Below are positions 27,591 through 39,407 of a stretch of DNA of 64,000 nucleotides, piece after piece (the first letter of the stretch is position 1; every line of letters starts with the position of its first letter). Origin of the DNA: Massalongia carnosa. Lineage: Eukaryota. The notes beneath the pieces are model-generated. The model did not search any database. It saw only the letters and a list, made by a program, of their open reading frames with translations, and was not told where the DNA came from. Made by a program: the position numbers and the translations under genes. Where the stretch lies: NCBI GenBank assembly GCA_965645245.1, contig OZ287085.1, positions 744,001-808,000 of the forward strand. The letters are read 5' to 3'.

Positions 27591-29447
27591 ACGTAATTTA
27601 CCCTCATTCGGGTCAGCCCCCCATTCGGGTCACCCCATTGAAATCTAGCGACCGAAAAAAATTCTATCCTTTTCATCCACCACCACTATATATTTATCTA
27701 TTAATTGTAGATAAAATATCTATTAATAGGCCTACGATTGACTCTGCTACTACTAGAATACAGTTGGCTATCGAAGAATTAGCCAAAATTCCGGGCATTC
27801 GCAGCGGGAAATAGCGCGCCTTTAAGGAGTTCCTCAGTCGACTTTACAGGCCCGGCTCAAAGGCAGGTGGGCCGCAAAATACTATCATCAGGCCTCCCAA
27901 AGGCTATCCGTCTATAAAGAACAGGCTCTAATTGATTGGATAGAGCGGATAACCTCATGGGGTTGGCCGCCTCGTATCCAACATTTTGAAGGCATGGCCA
28001 GAAGTCTCCTGAACGCCAAAGGGGACAAAAATCCGTTGGGTCGTCATTGGTATCAAAAGTTCCTGAAAAGGCATCCCGATTTCAAAATCAAATACAATAG
28101 AAACCTCGATCAATCCAGAAAGGACGCTGGTAGTCCCGAAATTTTGCGTGATTGGTTCGAATTGTACACGACTACCTTGGTCAAATATGGGATTTCAGAT
28201 GAAGATACTTACAACATGGATAAAATAGGCTTTTCTATGGGCATCGCAGACAGTTCGAAGGTCATAATCAAAGGAATAAAAACACAATTCAATTTGCATC
28301 CGGGAAATAGGGACTGGGTTTCTCTTATTAAGTGCATATCATCCCGCGGAACAGTTCTTCCGGCTTATATCATTTTCCAAGATGCCAAAGTTAAACCTGC
28401 ATGGTATGATGCCATGGAGACGAAGGCAGATACCGTTCGGGTCAGTCACAATGGTTGGACGGATGCAGAGATAGGCCTTCATTGCTTGTAAACGGTATTC
28501 AATAAGCATACAAAACCTGAACGAGGCATGTATAGGATGCTAATTATAGATAGCCATGAGAGTCACGTCTCCATTCCTTTTATGGAGTTTTATGCCCAAG
28601 AGAAAATCATACCCCTTTGTTTGCCACCACATTCAACTCATTTCTTGCAGCCCCTAGATGTCGGTATTTTTGGCCCTTTATCTAAGGCCTATAAACAACT
28701 CGTTACCAGCCAATCACGTTACGGGCTGTGACTATTTCTAAGCTAGATTTTATGCGCTTTATTCAGGTGGCTAGGAAACAGGCTATTACTACTACTAACA
28801 TCATGAGTGCATGGCGGGGGGCAGGCCTCATCCTTTTTAATCCAGGGCATGTTCTAGGCAAGTTGCCTAGGCCTATCACACCTCCTACCTATCCCAATAC
28901 TGTCACCGATGCCCCCCAAACGGAGCAGCGAATCCAGGAGGTCAGCGATGCCCTTATATCCTATATAACTCTATCTCTTCGCGCGCATGTTGAGTTGCTT
29001 AAAACAACTGCTTCGAATGCAGTCGCTGATAGGGTTATTCTAAGACATACCAATCAAGAACTGATTGATAAAAAGGCTCAGGGACGTCAAAAAGCTTCCA
29101 GAAAGGGGGGTGTTAAAGCGAGGGTGCTGACTGTGGGTGAAGGGCAGGCGATTGCGGAGGAAAAACAGAGGAAGGAAAAAGCATTGGCCAAACAAAAGGA
29201 ACGGTACCATGCTTTCAATTGTAAAGTAAAGTTTGCAAAGGCCGTATGGAAGGAAATGCAGATGGATAGTGATATTTTTAGTTAGTTTTGGGGATGGTGG
29301 AAGCAATGTAATATTTTTCTTTGGTATAGGGCGAAGGTTTTTTTTTTGGTGGGGTGACCCGATTGGGTCGCTGACCCGAATGGGGGGCTGACCCGAATGG
29401 GGGGGTGACCCGAATGGGGGGCTGACCCGAATGAGGGTAAATTACGA
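27591..29447 (+). mobile_element. Fot1/pogo DNA transposon, inner copy (~1.86 kb)
   Basis: TIRs ACGTAATTTACCCTCATTCGGGTCAGCCCC / GGGGCTGACCCGAATGAGGGTAAATTACGA; TA at 27589-27590 and 29448-29449; extra subterminal repeats at the right end. Confidence 0.93.
27755..29285 (+). pseudogene. pogo/Fot1 DDD transposase (HTH + DDE_1), disrupted
   Basis: YNMDKIGF, LIIDSHESH, PPHSTHFLQPLDVGIFGPL motifs in ORFs 27994-28491, 28528-28731, 28728-29285. Confidence 0.9.
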
Positions 29448-29610
29448 TATTCAATACCTTGAGGGCATGACCAAAAGTCTGCTGGAAGCAAAAGGGGACT
29501 CAAAACCCCTAGGACATCATTGGTATAAAACTATCATGAATAGACATCCCCAATTCAAAACTAAATTTAAATGAAATTTTGATCAATCCAGAAAAGACGC
29601 AAGTCATCCC

Positions 29611-29780
29611 TATAACGGTTCGACCATGCGTGGTGCGGACGGCAGGACCTACAGCGAACATAGCAGGACTCCCAGTTATAGTAGAATAGAGCTTGGTCTG
29701 CGGACTAAGTATTGTGCCTTTTGGTCGGGAGGACAGGTGGCGCAATAGTAGAAATCTATTCACTATCTCGCTTCGTCACA
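29611..29780. mobile_element. Solo LTR (170 bp) inside the outer pogo element
   Basis: 5-bp TSD atccc (29606-29610, 29781-29785); termini TATAACG...CGTCACA, an imperfect TG...CA inverted repeat. Confidence 0.8.
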
Positions 29781-30539
29781 ATCCCAAAATCCTGAAGGAA
29801 TGGTTTGAACTGTACATGACACCCGAGCAAAGTGTGTAGTCGCAGATAAAGATATTTACAATATGGATGAAAAGGGTTTACCCATGGGCATTGCGGATAG
29901 TTCTAAAGTGATAGTCAAGAGGGAAACAACCTCATCAATATCATAAGTGCATGGCGGGGGGCAGATCTCATTCCATACAATCCCGAGCATGTTTTAGGCA
30001 AACTGCCTAGATCTATCATTCCTTTACCTCGCAACATCGTTACCACTACCCTCACAACGAATAAACGCATTCAGGTAGCTAACTGTGGGTGAGGAGCTGG
30101 CTAAGATCGAGGAGAAACATCAAAAAGAGGAGGCATTAGCCAGAGAACAGGAGCGATATCATGCTTTAAATGGTAAAGTGAAGTTCGCAAAGGCCGTCTG
30201 GAAAGAAATGCGTATAGATAGTGATAATTTTAGTTAATTTTGGGGATGGTAGAAGCATCGTGGTGATGTTGTTATCCTTTTGGTGGAAGGGGATAGTTGG
30301 CAAGGATATTTTTGATGGGGTGGCCCGATTGGGGTAGCTGGCCCGAATGGTTGGCTAATACGTTACCGAAGATGGCGCGGGGGAGTCGGTTGGAGGGGGG
30401 CCCGGGGGCGTAGTCGGGGGGACCCATCGATGTTTCGGAAATAACAATATCCCATTTAATAGGCCCGGCCTTTAAAATAAAATCGAGGAAAACAGAGAGT
30501 CACAAAACACATAGTGATCAATCACACGTTGTAAAAAGT

Positions 30540-30772
30540 ACACAGTAACAAAAAGCACAGTTACAAACATACAGTCACAAAAACAGAGTCACAAAACACA
30601 GTCACAAAAACACAGTCACAAAAAACACAGTCACAAAAAACAAAGTCACAAAAAACACAGTCACAAAAAACACAGTCACAAAAAACACAGTCACAAAAAA
30701 AACAGTCACAAAAAACACAGTCACAAAAAACACAGTCACAAAAAACACAGTCACAAAAAACACAGTCACAAA
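30540..30772 (+). repeat. 13-15 bp minisatellite (cacagtcacaaaaaa)n within NC
   Basis: Direct tandem repeat; shorter versions at ~33003-33110 and ~59860-59935. Confidence 0.95.
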
Positions 30773-30879
30773 TCAATAAAACATTCCTGTGAAGGGGGTT
30801 CTGCGGGGACTCGTTAAGACAGATCTGCAAACCGTTAATATCGTAGTACATATTTTTAGAGGTTCAAGTCCTTTCTAGC

Positions 30880-31867
30880 TTTTTTTAATTTTTTTTATTT
30901 ATTAAGTGTATTCAACCTAAGGTTATGACACTAAATTATTTTAGGATATATTTCTATATTACAAATAAATCAACCCTTTATAACCTATCTATGTATCGTC
31001 AATTTTCCCCCATTTTTACTCCGTGTTAGTAACAACCTTTAGTAATCGAAGAATATCGATTTTACAATTTGACAATTTGTCTTTGTAAGTTCTTGAATGT
31101 TTCAGCATAAATCGTTTCTGATTTTACTGTTCGATATCTCCCCAACCTTCAGTTTCGAAAATATAGTCATCAAGCTGACCTAGAATCCATTTTCTAGTCG
31201 CGATTTTGTTATTGATAATAAATTTAATCAAAATAACATTTCCGATTTTTGTATTAAACAACATATTTAAGTTGATCGTAATATCGATATTTTGTTTCAT
31301 GCTTTAAATTTCATCGAAATAGTGAATAAAATTCAATAACAAGTGTTCTGGCGTTTGTTGTTGATTGCATCGATTTGTGCATTTTGACGAATTATAATCT
31401 TTCAATCGCTGTAAAAATATGATCGAAAAAAGCCGTGTCCGAATTTTAATTGCATAATAGTAGCAAATATCAATTTGGAACAGTTGTTTGATAAATAATA
31501 AAATCTCGATATGCCAGGTTTCATTTCGAATTTCTCGTAGTATTTGCCTTTTGATTTGCATTGTTGCTATTGATTCCTCCATGTGGTTAGCATATTTTGA
31601 TTTATTTGATCTTTTACATAATCAAATGTTATCGCCGAGGACTCGACTAGGATTTGATTATGGCCCGTCTTTGCTTTTTTGTCTGAAATTTCGTTTTCGG
31701 TAATATATGAATGATTCGGAACCCATTGCAAAATCACCTGATAATTGCTTTCAAATAAGAGTTTTGCGAGCTTTCGAATTTGTCTTGCGAAAATATGATT
31801 TGTCAAGTTCTGAATTTCGTTTATCGCGTTTATACTATCAGAAAAAATCCGAATCGTTTTTTCTAAG
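30880..31867 (-). mobile_element. 5'-truncated LINE-A 3' end (~1 kb), partner of NC copy 1
   Basis: Poly(T) at 30880, 3'UTR, RNaseH C-terminus and CCHC remnants. Confidence 0.92.
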
Positions 31868-33721
31868 CTAAGAATGATAAAATAGAGTTGACATCTCATT
31901 CGTGAAGTCTCTATCCCAGTTTTCGTTCATCTCACTGGTGCGTTTTACGGCCCAAGATTATTGATGAATTCTACGATTGGGGTGAACGACGTCACTTTCG
32001 CCCAGGTCAAACCCAGTTTACTCCTTAATCATATATCAAGGGCGAGTCTAGCCGTAGCCCATGCGCCGGGGAACCGACGGGGTCTCGTTACGAGCGAGAT
32101 GGACATTCCCTGCTCCGACATGCGCATACTGTCCTCTCGGGCTATGCAGACGGTCTCCGTACGGTGGCCGCCATTGCATTCCACGCCTCACGGGTTTTTT
32201 ACGCCTACTTCGCGTTATTCATAAAGGTCTCCCGTTTATGAACCGACCATATCTCGCAGGGATTTCGACTACTATGCTCCTGACCAAGCAGTATAGTATC
32301 GATTTTCCGTCCCTACTAACCAAAACGAGTCGAGGATAACTCGGAGGGGTGCTCGTTGGAAATTCGTCTATTAGCTCAGGGCCTAGACCGTTATCAATTA
32401 ACGGGTTCCTCGTATATTGCCCTCTTCTTGTCCCAAGGGTGTCCTATTTGATGACTAGGTTGCCTCTACTATCCCCGGTACGACTCCGGTTCGGGCCGTG
32501 TTGCTCATGGTAGCCATCAATCGGATGGTTTTCATAACCCAAATCCCTTGTATCGTGTAGGGTGTGACCCTACACTATGTGTCTATATGTTTTATTTCAT
32601 TCAGCCGGAAGGCTCCTTGTTGTAGACGAAGGAGACCCGTGTGACAGATATAGCTGACCCGTTTCGTACGTCTTTAGCTCTTAGCCGTTAACTGCATGAA
32701 AGGACTTGAACCTTTAAGAGTATGACTGAACGTTGTTAACGAGGTCTATGAAAATCGTATTAACGAGGTCTTCGAGAACAATATTAACGAAGTTCCGCTG
32801 AACTATTTTCATTCGTTTTGTGATCTATCGAGGTCTACCCGTGTCAAATCCACACTATACCCCTGTCAAAATGCATCATTTTCAGCTGATGACTGCAAGA
32901 AAGGATTTGAACTTCTAAAAATATGTACTCCGATATTAACGGGGTACAGATCTGTCTTAACGAGCCCCCGCAGAACCCCCTTCATAGGGAGATGTTATTG
33001 ATTTGTGAGTGTGTTTTTTGTGACTGTGTATTTTGTGACTGTATGTTTTTTGACTTTGTGTTTGTGACTGTATGTTTGTGAATTTGTGCTTTGTGACTGT
33101 GTGCTTTGTACAATATATGAATGATGAGTATATGTTTTGTGACTATGTGATTTCCTCGATTTTATTTAACAGGCCGGGCCTATTAAATGGGATATTGTTA
33201 TTCTGCTCCGAGATGGAGTTTTCTTGAGGTGACAGCATTCGCCCCGGTGCTTTTACGCGTTCTATTGATCCCAGCTGATGACTGCGTGGGGAGACTTGAA
33301 CTTTCAGGAGCTAGAACGCGTGTCGATTGTGCTCGGGTAGGGGATGATGCGGCTCCTTTGGTCCACATCTTCTTCCAGCTGATGAATGCATGAAGGGACT
33401 TGAACACTTATAAGCATGGTGCAGGGACGCGCGCATTCTACCCCCCGGCGGTTGGCCTTCGTATCCTCTTCCGTAAGTACGTCTGCGACGCGTGTGAACG
33501 CGTTAAATTAGCATTGTTTTGATGCGAAAAGATAGGAAATTATCTATGTTTGTCAGTCGCTCCACGGTGAGGCCTTTGTCGTCTCCGTGGTAAGGACCGA
33601 TGGTGTAGAAGGAGGAGGGCCGATAGTGTAGAAGTTGGAGGACCGATGGTGTAGAAGGAGGAGGACCGATAGTGTAGAAGGAGGAAGACCGATGTTGTAG
33701 AAGGAGGAGGACCGATAATGT
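31868..33721 (-). mobile_element. Non-coding element NC copy 1 (1.85 kb, uninterrupted)
   Basis: Homologous to 39408-40412 (rc), 58717-61226 and 63819-64000; no conserved ORF. 13-bp TSD agtcctttctagc (30867-30879, 33722-33734) encloses NC plus the LINE fragment. Confidence 0.88.
33594..33721. repeat. 23-bp minisatellite ggaccgatggtgtagaaggagga, ~5.5 units, at the 5' end of NC copy 1
   Basis: Direct tandem repeat. Confidence 0.95.
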
Positions 33722-33777
33722 AGTCCTTTCTAGCAGTTATCAGCTGAAAATAATGTATTTTGACACGGGCATGGTGT

Positions 33778-36700
33778 TTTATTTTTATTTATTCATTAAG
33801 TGTATTCAACCTAAGGTTATGACACTAAACTATTTTAGGATATGTTTCTATATTACAAATAAATCAACCCTTTATAACCCATCTATGTACTGTCAATTTT
33901 TCCCCATTTTTACTCCGTGTTAGTAACAACCTATAGTAATCGAAGAATATCGATTTTAAAATTTGTCTTTGTAAGTTCGTGAATGTTTCAGCATAAATCG
34001 TTTCTGATTTTACTGTTCGATCTCTCCCCAACCTCCAGTTTCGAAAATCTCGTCATCAAGCTGACCTAGTATCCATTTTCTTGTCGCGATTTTGTTATTG
34101 ACAATGAATTTAATCAAAATGTCATTTCCGATTTTTGTATTAAACAACATATTCAAGTTGATGGTAGTATCGATATTTTGTTTCATGTTTTGAATTTCAT
34201 CGAAATAGTTAGTGAATGCAATTCAATAACAAGTGTTCTGGCGTTTGTCGTTGATTGCATCGATTTGTGCATTTTGACGAATTATAATCTTTCAATCGCT
34301 GTAAAAAGATCGAAAATAGCCGTGTCCGAATTTTAATTGCATAATAGTAGCAAATATCAATTTGGAACAGTTGTTTGATAAATAATAAAATCTCGATATG
34401 CCAGGTTTCATTTCGAATTTCTCGTAGTATTTGCCTTTTGATTTGCATTGTTGCCATTGATTCGTCTATGTGGTTAGCATATTTTGATTTATTTGATCTT
34501 TTACATAATCAAATGTTATCGCCGAGGACTCGACTAGGATTTGATTATGGCCCGTCTTTGCTATTTTGTCTGCAATTTCGTTTTCGGTAATATTTGAATG
34601 ACTCGGAACCCATTGCAAAATCACCTGAAAATTGCTTTCAAATAAGATTTTTGCGAGCTTTCGAATTTGTCTGGCGAAAATATGATTTGTCAAGTTCTGA
34701 ATTTCGTTTATCGCGTTTATACTATCAGAAAAAATCCAAATCGTTTTTTCTAAGTTCGATAAAATATTAGTATTCGACAATTTATAGACCCATTTCATTG
34801 CTTGTAAAATCGCATGCAGTTCAGCATTTTTAATGCTTGACTTTTTGCTTAATTTTCAGCTTTTCGAAATCGTATGATACTTGATCAGACAATCTTTTTC
34901 GATAAATCGATTAAAATTATTGATAATATTACTCCAATTCCTTATAACTGGCGCAAATGTGACTGCAGACGTTGCAAATTCGATTTTCGATCCATCTGTA
35001 TAAAGTAAAACTCGGGATTTATCGGAGTTCATTGATTTAATTTTGGATAAGGTCGAATAATAACTTGATTTAGCAGATTCCTTTGTATTTTCGATTTGAA
35101 ATTTGATTTTGCAAGGCGATTTCCAAGGTTTAATAAAATGATTTGATTGTTCAAATTCATCAGTTTTGTGAACTATATCGGAAACGGAATGAAGAACGCG
35201 AATAAGCTGACTAGGATGTCGTTTATTTGTTTGTTTTTCGTCTTCGTTCCATTCGGCATATTTGTTGTTCCATAAACTTGTGTCAAAACCGATATTTTCG
35301 AATTTTATCGAATATGTGTTTGGAATTCTTTAACAAATAGGGTTATTTTCGGCAATCTTCACTAATCGAATTGCGTATTTTTGATTTTTCATTAATAATC
35401 GAAGTTTAACTGGTAAAACATGTGATTCAATTTCCATCGCCTGAATAGGTGTGGTTTCGAAAGTTCCTAAAATCTTTCGAATCATTTGATTTTGTAGGTT
35501 CTGAAATAGTTTTTCATATTTCTTTTGACCATTATACCAAATTTCTGAGCCGTAGTCCGAAATAGGAATAATGCATGACATATAGAGCTATCTGCATGCG
35601 GTCGGTTTCAGACCCCATTCGGATTTCATCAAATTCTGAATTGCAAAAAACGATCGATTCGCAGAAGAGATCCGCGTTTCGACGTGTTTTTTGAAATTTA
35701 GTTTTCTGTCTAACCAGACGCCCAACCATTTGACTACATTTTTCGGTTCTAGTACTGTCCCGTTTGGTAATTCCAATGTGTCTTTCGATACATTTCTTGT
35801 CTTTTCGAAGTGAATCAGCTCGGATTTATCGTCATCAAATTTGACATTATTCGATGCGGCCCAATCAAAGGCCGTTTTGACTATGATTTCGATTTCTTTG
35901 CAATTCTGTTTTGCAGTTTTATTTTCGACATATATTGCAACATCGTCAATAAAACTGGGAGAATGTGCATTGAATTTCATTCGTATTTTCGGAAACAAGT
36001 GACGAATGTAAATCAGAAATAGAATAGGCGAGATTGGTGAGCCTTGTGGAATTCCTGATTCGACATAATATGTTTTGCTTAAATTTTCATCAAATATCAA
36101 ATTGATCGATCGCTTTGTCATGAAATGCTTGACCCATTGAATTATTATGCGAGATAATTTCAGCTTTTTCATAACATTTAGCAGTTGATTAATCGAGATA
36201 AAGTCAAATGCGCCTTTTACATCGAGTAATAAACATGATAAGACGTTTTTATTTCTATTTGCAATTTCAATATCATGAACAACGTTCATTACTGCGTCAA
36301 TTGCAGAATGATTTTTGCGTCCGCCCATCTGTTCGATATCGAGTAAATTCGAATTTTCGCCGAAGTAGGCTAGTCGATTTGCAACGATTTTCTCAGCAAT
36401 TTTACTAAGACAATTTAATAATGTGATAATTCGATATGATTTTGGAAACGAATAGTCCGATTTATTAGGTTTTTTCAGAACGGCACCGAGTCCTGTCCGC
36501 CAGCATAACGGGTGATAACCGATTCGAATGAATTTCGAATAAATCATGAAAAACACGTTTTTCAACGATTGAAACGATTTTTGAACAATTGTAAAATTGA
36601 TTGCATCAGGTCCACATGCTTTCTTCGGATTAAATAAACTAATCGCATTTTTCAACTCGTTTTCGGTCAAATCTGGCCAATTATCATCATTTACGCTGTC

Positions 36701-39407
36701 TTGATTTGATAAATCTTCCTCATTATCGTCAATAAATGGGTTTTTTGTATACATTGCTGACACAAATGCATCGCATTTGTCATCAAACTGAACATTTAGC
36801 TTGTTTTCATGTAGAATCGGCGGTATTTTTCGAATATTCGCGGTTTAGTGTATTTATACGCGGTAAATACATCTTTATTTGCTGCATTTTCAAGAAAGTC
36901 AACCATGTTTGTTGTTTTGCTTTTCGAATTGCATGAAAATACTCGATTCGACTATGTTTAAACGTCCGATGACTAAAATCGGACGGATAATTCTTCCATT
37001 CTCGACGATGTCTGCACATGGTTTTTCGAAGTTCAGTTAAATCATGCGACCACCAATTTTTCGATTTTGCACAAATTTTCGTTTTCGGAATAAACATTTC
37101 AGCCGCGTTTTTGATAACGTTTTGCAAATATATCGCTGATTCGTCGAATTGATGATTATTCAATAAACTTTGAACTTGTGATTCGTAGATGGTTGAATTT
37201 TCGTCTAGATACTTCGCGAATTTATTCCAATCAGCTTTATTGCAATTGTATTTATTCGATAATGCGGTTGCATGTGACGTCAAGTTTTTGAAAGATGCGA
37301 TTAGTTCAAATCGGATGACTTCATGATCAGAACCTGTGACTGCGTTTTCATCGATTGACCAATTTGTAATTGCATTTTCGATTTTAGAATTTGCAAAAGT
37401 TAAATCAATAAAGATGAAGAACTTCCAGAATGGGCGTAGTATGTACATAAGTCAGGTGTGTTTATCAAGCTACACCTGTTTAATTTCAACCATTTGACAA
37501 GATTTTCTGATCGAATTGCTTGTTGAATTTTCGAATTCCACCAGTTATGATGTGCATTGAAATCTCCACAGATGACGAATTGATCAGTTGATTTTGGTTG
37601 TAATTGGATTAAAAGTCGATCGATCGTGTATGTTTCTCGATCACTTTGACTTTTTTCGTTATAAATATTGAAAATCTGCACTTTTCGAACTTCATAAATT
37701 GTAATTTCAATAATTTGCATATCGGAATCGTCAATAAGATCCGTTCTAGGCGTGCATTGCAGTTTGGAATTGCCACTTGTGACAAATATAGCTACTCTCG
37801 AGCGATAAGTCGCTATTTTTGGCATAATACATGTAAATGACGGATGTGATATTGTTTTTTGATCTCGTGTCCATGGTTCCTGAAACAAAACAATATCAAT
37901 TTGATTTGATAAAGCATATTCCAAACACGATATCATTGCATTCGTTGACTTTGCACAATTATGTTGAATAAATTTAACATTTTGTGTATTTTCGATGTTT
38001 GTCAACGAATGCTGTCCTGCCATTACAAAGCGGCTAATTCGTCGGTCGATTTTCGAACATTTAACGATATAACTATTTCACAATTTTCATCATTGGATTG
38101 ATGATTCTTGTTGCAATTCGCGCATTTGACGACGGCGTGTGCACAAGCAATTTTTGACTTGCATGTTGTGCATTCATGATTGCGTGTTTCATGGTTTTGC
38201 GCACATATGCTGCATTTCGCTTGACTTTTGCATTGATAATGCTTGTGTCCAAATTTTTGACAATTAATGCATTGTGTGTTTGGACGAACGGAGGTAAATA
38301 TTTCCGTGTCACAATGTCGGCCCGCGATATTGACTCCTTTTAACGCGTTCAAGGCCATATTTCGATCATTGAATGTCAAAACAACGGATGATTTGATCTT
38401 GTTATGACGATCACGTGCTAGACATCTGGGAACATCGCATAATTGCATGTTCGAATTGAACTTTTGAATTTCGTCTTGCAAATATTGCATGTTTTCATCA
38501 AATGTTGCAATATTTACACCGTGTGCGACGACTTTGAACCACGATTCGTCATTTCGAACTGTTCGTGGGTCGAATAAATGCTCCCATATTGATTCATTGT
38601 TCAATAAATCTTCAGCAGTGTTATCAGGACTAGTAGTCAGAACGATGTTTCGACCCGTTTTGGACTTTTCGACCGTGTTAACAACGATAGTCAATTTCGC
38701 GTCTTTAAAAAGCGAATTGATTTGGTTTCGAAGCAACAGTGAATCGATATCGCCGATTTGAGCTTTCGGTGTGATTATCAATCGTCGAGATTTGATCGCC
38801 TTGAAATCGTCAGTATTATCGAATTTGTTCGCATTCGAATTATTGTTGTTGTTCTTGTTTGTTTTTTTGGATCGAGGAACGGTAGTCCAATTTTCGGAAT
38901 TGACAGTCGCTTTTCCGAGCATTTGGCTCCATGTTCTAGCTGTATCGTTGACCTGCGGCCCTGGGACTCCGGCGGTTTCGCTCCGAATTTCTGGGTTGAC
39001 GTTATGAGTCAAATTCGAATTTCCATTTGAATTTCCCTTCGATTTTGTCTGTATAGGATGCACCGATTGTCTCTTTGTTTCTGGAATTTGGCTAGTTTGT
39101 TCTAGCACCCTATTCAATTTCCAATCAATCATTTCTAACGTTGCTTTTGGCTTGATCGATTTCTTTGCCAGTAGAGAATTGACGTGATCGATGACCACAG
39201 CCGTTTCGGGGTTTTGATCTATTACGAATGACTCTAATAATGCATTTTTTGCCGTATTCAATAGTTGAATCGATTTTGATCGATTTATGACTTCTTGACT
39301 CTCAATCGAATGTTCGTCAAATTTTCGTCTTTTGTTGCGTTTAATTGGTGGACTCAGTCGAATATCAGTATTCAATGATGGCATGGGCAGATTGGTACTG
39401 AATTCAC
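33778..39407 (-). mobile_element. 5'-truncated LINE-A (variant beta), 5.6 kb
   Basis: 14-bp TSD cacgggcatggtgt (33764-33777, 39408-39421); ORF1 open 38023-39407; ORF2 pieces 37400-38023, 36807-37448, 35588-36763 and downstream. Confidence 0.95.

Larger units (their letters stand above)
27208..30363 (+). mobile_element. Fot1/pogo (Tc1-mariner) DNA transposon, outer copy, internally deleted
   Basis: TIRs ACGTAATAGCCACCCATTCGGGCCAGC... / ...GCTGGCCCGAATGGTTGGCTAATACGT; TA TSD at 27206-27207 and 30364-30365; transposase remnants similar to the inner copy. Confidence 0.92.
26346..30434 (-). mobile_element. LINE-A beta ORF1 segment interrupted by pogo elements; 5'UTR continues at 43386-43673
   Basis: ORF 26434-27063 matches beta ORF1. 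The sequence resumes at 30364 after the TA duplication. Confidence 0.85.

Noticed and set aside
30561..30851. Cys-rich CDCVF-repeat ORF (metallothionein-like)
   Set aside because: Translation of a 15-bp minisatellite; unit length and frame are not kept in other NC copies.
31961..32339. ORFs inside NC (also 39760-40335, 58910-59218)
   Set aside because: Short, frameshifted between copies, and no recognisable domain.
32883..33405. Repeated CTGATGA on the plus strand as hammerhead ribozyme cores or snoRNA C boxes
   Set aside because: No pairable stem II followed by GAAA and stem III, and no guide/D-box layout. The opposite-strand B-box reading fits better.
32682..33405. 30-nt repeats ending GAAAGGACTTGAAC as a CRISPR array
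   Set aside because: Spacers are 74-359 nt and irregular, there are no cas genes, and the context is eukaryotic retroelements.
31868..33721. NC as telomerase RNA, group I/II intron or intact tRNA genes
   Set aside because: No TAACCCTAA template on the sense strand, no recognisable P7 or domain V, and no cloverleaf around the B-boxes by eye.
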